From Christensenella sp. UBA1262 (GTDB taxonomy: Bacteria > Bacillota > Clostridia > Christensenellales > CAG-917), in assembly GCA_002308215.1 (NCBI GenBank), contig DBVO01000022.1:1-33749 (forward strand): a DNA stretch of 33,749 nucleotides, written 5' to 3'. A program made the translations under genes and the position numbers. The notes under the pieces were generated by a model. That model saw only the letters and a program-made list of their open reading frames with translations. It did not search any database and was not told the DNA's origin. This document shows positions 6,994-16,216 of the stretch, one piece after another. Positions within the stretch are counted from its first letter, which is position 1. Each line of letters begins with the position of its first letter.

Positions 6994-9498
6994 TTACAAT
7001 AAATCCCAAGATTTGCCGACTTCTTCGTCAACAGTAAGTGGTACGGAAAGATGAACCGCATTCTCCATTTCATTAACAAGGATCTTTTTAACTTCTTCGA
7101 GTTCTGAATTATCTGCATCTATAATGAGCTCGTCATGGATTTGTAATATCATCTTTGATTTCATGTTTTCAAGACGCTTTTCAACCCCTAACATTGCAAG
7201 CTTTATAATATCAGCTGCTGACCCTTGAAGTGGCGTATTCATAGCCATACGCTCTGCCCCAGAACGCACCAAATAATTAGATGCATTTAGATCAGAAAGA
7301 TTTCTACGTCTGCCAAGTAATGTTTTAGCATAACCTAGTTCTTTTGCGTCTGAAACGCATTTATCCATGTAATCCCTTACTTTTGGATGAGTTAAGAAAT
7401 AATTATCTATAAACTCTTGTGCTTGCCAACGTGGAATAGACAAGTTTGCACCAAGCCCAAAACCGCTTATGCCATAAATAATACCAAAGTTTACTGCCTT
7501 AGCATCACGACGCTCACTCGGTGTTATATCTTCTATTCTCTTGCCTAAAATTTGAGATGCTGTAAGTGAATGGATATCTTCCTCATTTATAAATGCATTT
7601 ATAAGTTGTTCGTCTTCACTGAAATGAGCTAACAATCTAAGTTCAATTTGTGAATAGTCTGCAGAAACAAGAGTACATCCTTCACTCGCTATAAATGCTG
7701 CTTTAATTGCTTTTGAATCTTCGCTACGCGCAGGAATGTTTTGAAGATTTGGATTGGTAGATGATAATCTACCAGTCATTGTTATGCATTGATTATATTC
7801 AGTATGAATCTTCCCACGTGTTACAAGTGGTTTAATTCCAACAACGTAAGTTGATTGCAACTTTGCGTAATGACGATATTCAAGTATTAATGGGATAATT
7901 GGATGTTCTTTTTCTAGATTAGATAGGACATCTTCGCTCACAGAATAACCAGTTTTTGTTTTCTTGCCATGTTTTAATCCTAAACGTTCAAATAATACAT
8001 CTCCCAATTGTTTTGGCGATGCAATATTAAATGGCTCGCCTGCTAGTTCATAAATTTTGGATGTAAGATCATCTATCTTTTCCTGGTAAGTCTTTTCGAG
8101 CTCATTTAAGACGTCTACAGACACGCTAACGCCTCTTTGCTCCATATTTCGAAGAACAACGCAAAGTGGCTGCTCTACGTCTTTAAAGAGCTTATATACG
8201 TCCTTCTTTTTCATCTGTTCAATGAGCTCTTCTCTTTCGATCAACATTTCAACTGCACCGACTTCAAATCCATCTGCTCCAAACACTTGTTCAATGTTTT
8301 TAATTGTTGCACTTTCACGGGCAAGATGGGCCGCAATCATAACGTCAAAGAATTCTTTGTTTTCAAAGCCATAGAACTTAGATATGAACTTGAAGTCATA
8401 GCAAACAAGTTCTTTGTCCTTTGAAGCATCTTTTAATACTGAAATTGCCTCATCAAAATTTACACCTTCGCTAAACAAATCTTCGGTGCACGTCACAACG
8501 TATTCTGTATTCTTGTCAACTGCAAAATGAATATCATTATCAATAAAGACAGCTACTCTATCCCCTTTTATAGCGCTCTTGATTTCATCTGCGCTTGAAA
8601 GCTTTTTAAGAACTTTATTAACTTCAACTGGCGCAACCGCAACACCTTCTTCAAACGTCATGCGGTTAGCGAGAGATGAAATCTCTAACTCACCGAGGAT
8701 GGTTTTTACTTCTTGTGAATAAACTGGTGTGAATTTGATATCATCCAAAGTACAATCAATTGGGACATCGCGGTTTATAATTGCTAGTTTACGACTAAGG
8801 ATAGCCATATCTTTGCCTTCTGCAATTTTCTCGCCAAGCTTCCCTTTTATTTCTCCCGCATGCTCGAGCACACTATCTAAAGATCCATAATCTTGAAGAA
8901 GTTGTTTTGCTGTTTTTTCACCTACGCCTGCAATTCCTGGAATATTATCACTGGAATCACCCATAAGTGCCTTATAATCAATGAACTGGCTTACCGTAAA
9001 ACCATCTTCTAGCAAACGCTTCTCATCATATACTTCTATTTCACTTACGCCTTTTTTAGTCCAGAAAATCTTAGTAGTATCCCCAACCAATTGGAAACTA
9101 TCCCTGTCGCCAGTAACAATAATACAATCGTCATTAAAACGTTTTGAAAGAGTTCCTAAGATGTCATCTCCTTCATATCCTTGAAGAGCTACAATCTTAA
9201 TCCCCATGGCAGTTATGAGGTTTTTAAGAGGTTCAACTTGCTGACGCAATTCTTCGTCCATAGGCTTTCTAGTTGCCTTATATCCATCATACATGGCATG
9301 ACGGAATGTTGGACCATGCAAATCAAATGCAGCAGCAATATGGGTCGGCTTTTGCTCTTTTATTAAACGTAAGAGTATGCTTAAAAAACCATATATTGCT
9401 CCGGTGTATTGACCCTTAGAAGTCTTTAAATTTGGCAGAGCATGATAAGCTCTATGCATCAAACTATTAGAGTCCAAAAGTAATATCTTGTTTGCCAT
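6994..9498 (-). CDS. polA: DNA polymerase I (5' nuclease, vestigial 3'-5' exo-like and polymerase domains)
   Basis: 5' nuclease motifs (LLLDSNSLMHRAYHAL, GYEGDDILGTL, SDNIPGIAGVGEKTA). Family A polymerase motifs (DYSQIELRLLA, RRDAKAVNFGIIYG, QIHDEL). The ExoI position reads VFIDNDIH rather than DxE, so the exonuclease is probably inactive, as in many Bacillota. Confidence 0.95.
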   Translation of the reverse strand: MANKILLLDSNSLMHRAYHALPNLKTSKGQYTGAIYGFLSILLRLIKEQKPTHIAAAFDLHGPTFRHAMYDGYKATRKPMDEELRQQVEPLKNLITAMGIKIVALQGYEGDDILGTLSKRFNDDCIIVTGDRDSFQLVGDTTKIFWTKKGVSEIEVYDEKRLLEDGFTVSQFIDYKALMGDSSDNIPGIAGVGEKTAKQLLQDYGSLDSVLEHAGEIKGKLGEKIAEGKDMAILSRKLAIINRDVPIDCTLDDIKFTPVYSQEVKTILGELEISSLANRMTFEEGVAVAPVEVNKVLKKLSSADEIKSAIKGDRVAVFIDNDIHFAVDKNTEYVVTCTEDLFSEGVNFDEAISVLKDASKDKELVCYDFKFISKFYGFENKEFFDVMIAAHLARESATIKNIEQVFGADGFEVGAVEMLIEREELIEQMKKKDVYKLFKDVEQPLCVVLRNMEQRGVSVSVDVLNELEKTYQEKIDDLTSKIYELAGEPFNIASPKQLGDVLFERLGLKHGKKTKTGYSVSEDVLSNLEKEHPIIPLILEYRHYAKLQSTYVVGIKPLVTRGKIHTEYNQCITMTGRLSSTNPNLQNIPARSEDSKAIKAAFIASEGCTLVSADYSQIELRLLAHFSEDEQLINAFINEEDIHSLTASQILGKRIEDITPSERRDAKAVNFGIIYGISGFGLGANLSIPRWQAQEFIDNYFLTHPKVRDYMDKCVSDAKELGYAKTLLGRRRNLSDLNASNYLVRSGAERMAMNTPLQGSAADIIKLAMLGVEKRLENMKSKMILQIHDELIIDADNSELEEVKKILVNEMENAVHLSVPLTVDEEVGKSWDLL

Positions 9499-9529
9499 AA
9501 TACCTCACCATAAGATTAACACAATAACA

Positions 9530-10345
9530 TTAGTTATTGCCTTTTAAAAAGTCTTCAAGGCCATTCTTTAAAGCCACGTAAGCGTCTCCATAACCTTTTG
9601 CCATAAATGCGACTACTCTTTCATGAGAGAATGCCATTGCTTTTCCTAGATCCTCTCGCGGGATTATATAACGCACATCAACATCATCGCCAAACTCAAA
9701 TTTGCGCTGTGGTTGTTTTTCTTTAACATTCGTTCTAATAACTAGGATCTTTTTATAACCATGGCGTGCAATTAAATTTACAGGCATATTATCCCATACG
9801 CCACCGTCTATATACTTTTTATCCCCTATTACCTGAGGTGGAAGTGCTGGATAAGATGCGGATGCAATAATATAATCAACTAGCTTACCTTCTTCCACAT
9901 CCTCTTTCATAACTTCTACAGGTTTTCTGTCGCTTAAATCATATGCAACGCAGCCGTAATCAATTGGGCTCTTGCGCAAGTCTTCTTCATTAACATGTTT
10001 GCTCAAAAATTCAGAACACTGTTCGTGGGTCTTCTTCAAAATATCCCTTACGGATAAAACACATTTTCCCACATAGATAAGTGTGTCTAGGTCTATTGAT
10101 TTTTTTCTAATATTTTGCCAATATTTTTTATCTATAGCAAAAATAGTGTCGGTGTCTATCGTTTCCCACATTTCATATAATTTGTTGTAGCCACCCTCTA
10201 AATAAAGTGCCCCATTAACAGCACCTATAGAAGTACCAACAACTCCATCAAAATGAATGCCGCATTCTTCTATTGCACGAAGAGCGCCTACTTGATATGC
10301 ACCTTTAACGCCACCACCTTCAAGAACTAAACCTATCTTTTCCAT
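9530..10345 (-). CDS. Patatin-like phospholipase family protein
   Basis: GGGVKG oxyanion motif, GTSIG (GxSxG) nucleophile elbow and YIDGGVWDN (DGG Asp). I prefer the ATG at 10345 (MEKIGLVLEGGG), which has AGAGGG upstream. The tracked ORF extends to 10369. Confidence 0.85.
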   Translation of the reverse strand: MEKIGLVLEGGGVKGAYQVGALRAIEECGIHFDGVVGTSIGAVNGALYLEGGYNKLYEMWETIDTDTIFAIDKKYWQNIRKKSIDLDTLIYVGKCVLSVRDILKKTHEQCSEFLSKHVNEEDLRKSPIDYGCVAYDLSDRKPVEVMKEDVEEGKLVDYIIASASYPALPPQVIGDKKYIDGGVWDNMPVNLIARHGYKKILVIRTNVKEKQPQRKFEFGDDVDVRYIIPREDLGKAMAFSHERVVAFMAKGYGDAYVALKNGLEDFLKGNN

Positions 10346-10429
10346 TATCCCTCTCGCACCGTCCCCCACAGCGCCTTTAATTATTTATTATATTTTAGCA
10401 TAGTTTTTTCGATATTACTAGACTTTTGT

Positions 10430-10456
10430 AAAATAAAACTGCTGGAGAACCAGCAG
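10430..10456 (-). terminator. Intrinsic terminator ending the ABC/surface-protein operon
   Basis: Stem ctgctgg / ccagcag (10439-10456) with loop agaa. On the minus strand it is followed by TTTTATTTT and lies 27 nt after the stop at 10483. Confidence 0.7.
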
Positions 10457-10482
10457 TTTTTACTACATATTAGCGTCTATCA

Positions 10483-13431
10483 TTACACTAACCCATGAAG
10501 ATGATTAATCAAAGCGTCTCCATCTGGGACTTTGCTCTCTGGCGTAATAGGTGAATTCTTATCGTACATGAATATACGGAATTCAAGTCCCTTAAAGAAT
10601 GAGTATAGCCAATTGTTGTCATCATCTTTAATATTATCATCGAGCTCAGCAGCATAGAAACTATGAATACGTGGATCTTCAAATGATGGGTTAAAATACG
10701 TTTTCTCGTTGCTTGGGAAGTTCGACATACCAACACAAACAAAACCCATATGGAACCATGGTTCTTCTATGCCATTGCGCTTCCAAATATACTTGTATGG
10801 TTCAAGATCTGGGTGATTATCTACTAAAGCGCCAACAGCTTTTTGGACCAAGCTATCAAGTGCTTCATTACCAGTCTTAATCATATTTGTTGAAGAAGAT
10901 GGTTGCCAGTTATAAAGGTCTAAGAAACCTGTTTGTTTAAGTTCCATATTGTAACCTTTAGACACAAAATTATCGTACATGTATTGATCAATTGTTTCAG
11001 CTGTTTGACCAAAACGATAATTGTCATCGCCATCTTTTGAATAATGGTCATAAGAAAGACTTGCAAGCGTAGCCAACATATTTGATGCAACAATATTGTT
11101 TAAATGAATATGTGAATAGTGTGGATACAAATACATTGTTCCATCAACTTCGACGTCATCAACTCTACATGGAATATAGAATGCGCAATTCGCAATATTT
11201 CTAATTATACAGCCATCAAACTTAACATCAGTATTATAAATACTGCTTACCTTCAAGCCATTTTCCAACACACAATATTCAATGGTTACATTTGTTAAAT
11301 GATTTCTACCCCAAGGAGCGATGTTATGTTCATCTTCAATACATTCGAAATCGATGCTATCTCCCCAAAGACCTTGTGTATCATCATTGTTAAACGTTGT
11401 ATCGTCTTCCCCTAAAGTATTTGGCCTAATGCGTACATTTGATACAACAACATCACTCCATGCAACATGTAGAAGTTCACTATACTGCTCAGCTAAATAC
11501 TCTTTCCAACTATACAACCTATGGTTATTGCCATAGAGACTACCAAAAAGATCAATCTCGCTATCATAACCGAATTTTTTAACAAGTTTTCCATTCACTT
11601 CAACTTCTTGATAATAGTTATTAATATAATCTTGATCAAAGACAGCATCTCCAGAAAGAACAATTGCTAATGTTTTTGAACTTGATACATACACATCAAA
11701 TCCAGCATAATCTTTTGTTGGAACTTCATTAGCATATGCATAAGCTTTTTGATCCAATGATGCTTGTTTAAGTTCTAAAGCATTTGCTGCTTCTATACCA
11801 TAAACCACATTGAGCGCAACTTCTTCAGTTGTATAGTGCGCCATTGTTTCATACTTTGGATATTTTGCAGATACACGAACAACGACTTGTTGTCTTCCCT
11901 TGCCCTCTAATGCAGAACTAATAAACACAATCTTATTTGCCACAGTATTGTCAAATCTTGCGTATTCCTCGCCTGATACTACTTCAAATTTATATGATTC
12001 ATAGAAGTCAGCAAGTCTATTTGCCTCTTCTGGTTCACCTTGAATACGAATAAGAGTGCTATTAGCTTCTTTAACATTGTTTACAGCAATATTCACATAC
12101 TTGTCTGAAGCAAAGACTGTTTCTTTAGCAATACCTACTTCGTAGAAGAGTTTTGATGTTTCTAAACGCAAAACAGTAACCTTTTCACGCACATTAAGTT
12201 CAATGCTTTCAGATTCTACACCATGTGTAGCAGTTATAGTTACGATACCATTGTCTAAAGCTGTAATAACACCATTTGATACTGTAGCAATACTATTGTT
12301 GGACGAAGTCCAAACAACACCTTCTAAAACAGAATCTTTTGTTTCATCGCGCCATTCAACATTAAGTTTGAGTGTCTTACCCTTTTCAAGTATAAAGTTG
12401 TTTGATTCTTCGCGATTATCGAGCAAATCTTTACCTATAATCTTTATTGCTTCGCTGTCACAACGATTGATAACAAATTGGGCATCTCCGTTTTGAAGCA
12501 CTACTCTGTCATCAGTAATTGTAAGTGTTTCACCATCAAGTGATCCGCCACTTACTACTTCATAATCGCTAGACAAACCAAGTTCAGACAAAGTCATAAT
12601 TGACTTTGATGTAGTAAGTTCATCGCCATAAAGAGTACTTGCGCCTTCTTCAACAACAATTTCGAAAGGTGCTGATGTAATATAGGCTATTTGGCCACTC
12701 TCTTCAGATGAATAAACACTCGCTTTATGAGTTATGTGAGCTGTGCCTACTCCTACTGCCCTAACAATACCATTTTCATCAATTTCAACAATGGATTCGT
12801 CATCACTTATCCATTCGAAGTAATTGACTTTACTATCAATAGGTGTATAGTTTGCAACTAGTCGGATCAAGTCACCAAGTTTTAATTCATTACTATCGTT
12901 TGTAACATTAGCAATTACGACCTTTTCAACATCAAAGCCAACAACTTCAACTTGAACATATGCAAATGAAACACCTGCAGATGCTTTCAATTTGAAAGAG
13001 CAATATGAATTAATAAGAACTTGTCCTGTAGTATTAGATGAAGCTTCATAACCATTTTCATCCAAAAGAATTGCTGCTGGTTTTACTTCTGAAACATTTG
13101 GTTCAGCTTTGTGCTCAATATAATACTCATATGCTTGTTCATATTCGTTGTCAAGACAACGAAGTTCTTCAATTGTCCAAGTTACAGTACGGTTTGTCGC
13201 TTTTGCTGGCAAAACTTTAATAAACAAATAATCAGAAATATTAAATTTGCCATCATCAAGATCTGCCGTGTTTACAGTTATATTTTTTACTGCGTTTCCA
13301 TCGGCATCAACCAATGCAACTTCTTCTACAGAAATATAAACTTCCATAGAAACAATAGCACCAACTGCTAAAACTATAAGCAAAACAACAATTGGAATAA
13401 GGATGAGGATGCCAATCATAACTTTTTTCAT
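10483..13431 (-). CDS. Large membrane-anchored surface protein with Ig-like (Big_2-like) repeats and a C-terminal beta-helix-like region
   Basis: N-terminal signal-anchor (VMIGILILIPIVVLLIVLAVGAIV). Big_2-like segments (FEWISDDESIVEIDENGIVRAVGVGTAHITHKA; VVWTSSNNSIATVSNGVITALDNGIVTITATHG). C-terminal repeats resemble a parallel beta-helix (NVTIEYCVLENG, DVKFDGCIIRNIANCAF, HIHLNNIVASNM). SD GGGAGGA. Confidence 0.8.
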   Translation of the reverse strand: MKKVMIGILILIPIVVLLIVLAVGAIVSMEVYISVEEVALVDADGNAVKNITVNTADLDDGKFNISDYLFIKVLPAKATNRTVTWTIEELRCLDNEYEQAYEYYIEHKAEPNVSEVKPAAILLDENGYEASSNTTGQVLINSYCSFKLKASAGVSFAYVQVEVVGFDVEKVVIANVTNDSNELKLGDLIRLVANYTPIDSKVNYFEWISDDESIVEIDENGIVRAVGVGTAHITHKASVYSSEESGQIAYITSAPFEIVVEEGASTLYGDELTTSKSIMTLSELGLSSDYEVVSGGSLDGETLTITDDRVVLQNGDAQFVINRCDSEAIKIIGKDLLDNREESNNFILEKGKTLKLNVEWRDETKDSVLEGVVWTSSNNSIATVSNGVITALDNGIVTITATHGVESESIELNVREKVTVLRLETSKLFYEVGIAKETVFASDKYVNIAVNNVKEANSTLIRIQGEPEEANRLADFYESYKFEVVSGEEYARFDNTVANKIVFISSALEGKGRQQVVVRVSAKYPKYETMAHYTTEEVALNVVYGIEAANALELKQASLDQKAYAYANEVPTKDYAGFDVYVSSSKTLAIVLSGDAVFDQDYINNYYQEVEVNGKLVKKFGYDSEIDLFGSLYGNNHRLYSWKEYLAEQYSELLHVAWSDVVVSNVRIRPNTLGEDDTTFNNDDTQGLWGDSIDFECIEDEHNIAPWGRNHLTNVTIEYCVLENGLKVSSIYNTDVKFDGCIIRNIANCAFYIPCRVDDVEVDGTMYLYPHYSHIHLNNIVASNMLATLASLSYDHYSKDGDDNYRFGQTAETIDQYMYDNFVSKGYNMELKQTGFLDLYNWQPSSSTNMIKTGNEALDSLVQKAVGALVDNHPDLEPYKYIWKRNGIEEPWFHMGFVCVGMSNFPSNEKTYFNPSFEDPRIHSFYAAELDDNIKDDDNNWLYSFFKGLEFRIFMYDKNSPITPESKVPDGDALINHLHGLV

Positions 13432-13446
13432 ATGCCGCGTCCTCCC

Positions 13447-15156
13447 TTACGAAATAATGCTATCGTAACGCTTGTTCAACTTTGTGAACATTAGCGCTGC
13501 ACTACCTGCAAGCAATAGTGCTGAAACAAATGCGAGCACGCCATAGACGTCTCCCTTGTTGTTGATATGAACAATTGTCCATTTGCCTATACGGAGTGGT
13601 AAGAAGCTAAATACCATTGTGAATAAGCCAAAGCTTATTGCAACAACCATTCCTACGATCATTGATAGCGCAACATTCTTATTTGCTTTAACAAGTTCAC
13701 CATCACCGGCGACATTGAATGTTGGCATTTTTATATCAGCCCACATGCTAAGGCATGTGAGAGACATTACGACCATTTCACAAATACCAAATATTGCCAC
13801 AACATCTACTGCTGTCAACATGTTGCCACCCTTCGCAGATGTGTAATAACCACCCGGAACAGCGCAGCAAAGAGCAACGGATATTATTGCGACAATGGAA
13901 TACAAGAAAAATTTTGTCAGTATTTGCTTTGTATAGCTGACAGGAATAATCTTTGTAAAATAGAAACAATTACCTTCACGTGATATAGATGTGGAAGCAA
14001 ACGAAACAATAATCGTAACAAAGATTATAATAATCATGAGTGTTAGTCCAGGCATAATACCTGCACCAACGCTCTTAGTACCCATATTAGCAGCAAGGCG
14101 ATTGCAGAAGAATACCATGAATGGTGCTGCACATGCCATTGCTAAATATTGGAATGAATAGTTAAAGCTTCTAAGAATCAAATAGAATTCTTTGTGAAGC
14201 ATAGCATGAAATTGATTCTTTGGACGATTCTTGATTTTTTTCTTGAATGAGGTCTTCTCTGTTTCGATACCATAAAGAATTGTCTTATAGTATGCTCTTG
14301 TTGAAACGAAGAAAGCGCCAACTCCAAATGCTGCATTAAGCAAGAATACATACAAGAAGTTAAGTGCCATGCCACCGCTTGTTAAGCCTGCATATTTTTT
14401 ACCATTGATTAAATATGCGTACCAGTTAAATGGATATGCATGTGCTGCAAACTTGCGGTACATTTCAACAACTTCTGCAGAGAAAATATTCTTGTTTGAT
14501 TCCATAAGATAATCCACAATGTTAGACAGCGCAGACATATAAAGAATAAATATTCCGCACACTGCAATAATTGTAAGGATTAAAACAAGCAAGAATTGAT
14601 TCTTAACATAGTTCATCACTTTCATTACAGGAACTGCAATGACATTTGCCACAAAATATGGCAATAATGATGAGAATATGATAACGCCAATATAAGCAAA
14701 ATAGTCACCTACAACAGCTTTTGTTTCAATACCAAACGTAATGTAGAATGGAAGCAACATTGCGAAGCAAACTACCAAATTATGCAAGAAACAATAGATG
14801 GATTTTGAAACAAAAATCTCGGTGCCACTAACAGGAAAACGCAGCAACAATTCGTTGTCGCCGTTCATATAGAGATTTTTAATAACTGTACCTGTGGAAA
14901 CGATGGTAGCAAGAAGCATTGATGCCATCGTAACAAGTGTTAAAAACTCTATAGTTAACCCAGCTTTGCCAATAAACATTTTGCTGAGGTAAACGATGCC
15001 AAGTATGAGGACCGCATAAACGACAATAAAGAATATATAATTCGCCCATTGCGAAACTCTATTCTTTATTCCAATCTTATGCGTGGAACCAAATCTCGAT
15101 TTTAAATCGAGTTTGAAAAGCGTTCTCACACTTTGGATTGAGAAATCGCTTTTCAT
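13447..15156 (-). CDS. ABC transporter permease, fused two x 6-TM type (putative exporter)
   Basis: About 12 hydrophobic helices in two halves, joined by a basic cytoplasmic linker (KKKIKNRPKNQ). The start ATG overlaps the ATPase stop as ATGA. SD GAGGAGG. Confidence 0.8.
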   Translation of the reverse strand: MKSDFSIQSVRTLFKLDLKSRFGSTHKIGIKNRVSQWANYIFFIVVYAVLILGIVYLSKMFIGKAGLTIEFLTLVTMASMLLATIVSTGTVIKNLYMNGDNELLLRFPVSGTEIFVSKSIYCFLHNLVVCFAMLLPFYITFGIETKAVVGDYFAYIGVIIFSSLLPYFVANVIAVPVMKVMNYVKNQFLLVLILTIIAVCGIFILYMSALSNIVDYLMESNKNIFSAEVVEMYRKFAAHAYPFNWYAYLINGKKYAGLTSGGMALNFLYVFLLNAAFGVGAFFVSTRAYYKTILYGIETEKTSFKKKIKNRPKNQFHAMLHKEFYLILRSFNYSFQYLAMACAAPFMVFFCNRLAANMGTKSVGAGIMPGLTLMIIIIFVTIIVSFASTSISREGNCFYFTKIIPVSYTKQILTKFFLYSIVAIISVALCCAVPGGYYTSAKGGNMLTAVDVVAIFGICEMVVMSLTCLSMWADIKMPTFNVAGDGELVKANKNVALSMIVGMVVAISFGLFTMVFSFLPLRIGKWTIVHINNKGDVYGVLAFVSALLLAGSAALMFTKLNKRYDSIIS

Positions 15157-15974
15157 TTTGTTTCCTCCTCTGCTTCTTCCTTCACTTCACTTTCAGGCAC
15201 ATAGTCTGGACGTGCATCCGCACTTTCTTGTGCCGCATAGTCGATGAAAAGTCTTTCATCGTAAGTGCCAGTTGCTTTAAAGAAGATTTCTTCGAGTCTG
15301 GTTTTATTTTCTTCTACAGTAAGATCGAGAATATCAATGAGTTGACCATCATTAACAATTGCAGCACGTTGACAAAGCTTCTTTACAAGATCAAGGTTAT
15401 GGCTTGAGAAGAAAACTGTGTTGCCTTGTGCACAGTGCTCACGCATAAGTGCAATAATTTCAGCTGTGGATTGTGGGTCAAGACCCATCATAGGTTCGTC
15501 AAGTACCCAAAGTTTTGGATTGTGAATTAATGCTGCAATGACACAAATCTTTTGTTTCATACCATGGGAATACCCCTTGATTTGTCTGTCCATTGCAAAT
15601 TCTAGACGGAAAAGTTCTGCGAGTCTATTCATGCGCTCTGTTCTATCTTGTTCGCTGACTTTGTAAAGATCTGCAACATAGTTAACATATTCTCTACCTG
15701 TAAGCTTTTCATAAACAGAGTGGTTGTCTGGAACATAGCCCATATTCATCTTTGCCTTAATTGGTTCAGATTTCATATCGTGACCACAAATTTCAATTGT
15801 GCCACTGTCATAAGGTAAAATACCTGTTAAGCATTTAATGGTTGTTGATTTACCTGCACCGTTTTGTCCAAGAAAACCAAATATTTCGCCTGGTTGAACT
15901 TCAAATGATATATGATTTACTGCGAGCCTATCGCTCTTTGGATATTTCTTTACTAAGTCTTTAACTGTTAGCAT
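15153..15974 (-). CDS. ABC transporter ATP-binding protein (single NBD, acidic C-terminal tail)
   Basis: Walker A GQNGAGKST, signature YSHGMKQK, Walker B LWVLDEP. I prefer the ATG at 15974 (MLTVKDLVKKY) because AAGGAG (15980-15985) lies upstream. The tracked ORF extends to 15995. Confidence 0.9.
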   Translation of the reverse strand: MLTVKDLVKKYPKSDRLAVNHISFEVQPGEIFGFLGQNGAGKSTTIKCLTGILPYDSGTIEICGHDMKSEPIKAKMNMGYVPDNHSVYEKLTGREYVNYVADLYKVSEQDRTERMNRLAELFRLEFAMDRQIKGYSHGMKQKICVIAALIHNPKLWVLDEPMMGLDPQSTAEIIALMREHCAQGNTVFFSSHNLDLVKKLCQRAAIVNDGQLIDILDLTVEENKTRLEEIFFKATGTYDERLFIDYAAQESADARPDYVPESEVKEEAEEETK

Positions 15975-16030
15975 ATTTACTCCTTGCTCTCGCACTAATT
16001 TTAACTTTCTTGCAAGAGCATATACATTGG

Positions 16031-16059
16031 TATTTTACCACTCGCCTATATTTATGTCA
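16031..16059 (-). promoter_or_regulatory. Sigma-A-type promoter for the ABC/surface-protein operon
   Basis: On the minus strand: TTGACA (16054-16059), 17-nt spacer, TAAAAT (16031-16036) preceded by TGG (extended -10). Confidence 0.5.
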
Positions 16060-16165
16060 AACAAAATTGCGTGTGTGCGCGTTATTTTATTAAATATACA
16101 TATTTATAATATATAAGTATGAGTGCCTAATGATTCATTTTGATTATGGCATTTTTCAATTTTGC

Positions 16166-16194
16166 TTGACTTAGCAATGTAAAAAGCGTATAAC
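16166..16194 (+). promoter_or_regulatory. Sigma-A-type promoter for the cation:proton antiporter gene
   Basis: TTGACT (16166-16171), 17-nt spacer, TATAAC (16189-16194). The SD AAGAGG and the ATG at 16217 follow. Confidence 0.5.
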
Positions 16195-16216
16195 TTGATT
16201 TTGCAAAGAGGTAAAA

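Noticed and set aside
7900-8700. The degenerate 3'-5' exonuclease region of PolA (ExoI position VFIDNDIH) as something novel.
   Set aside because: Loss of proofreading residues in the vestigial exo domain is well known for PolA of Bacillus, Thermus and many Bacillota. I note it in the feature evidence only.
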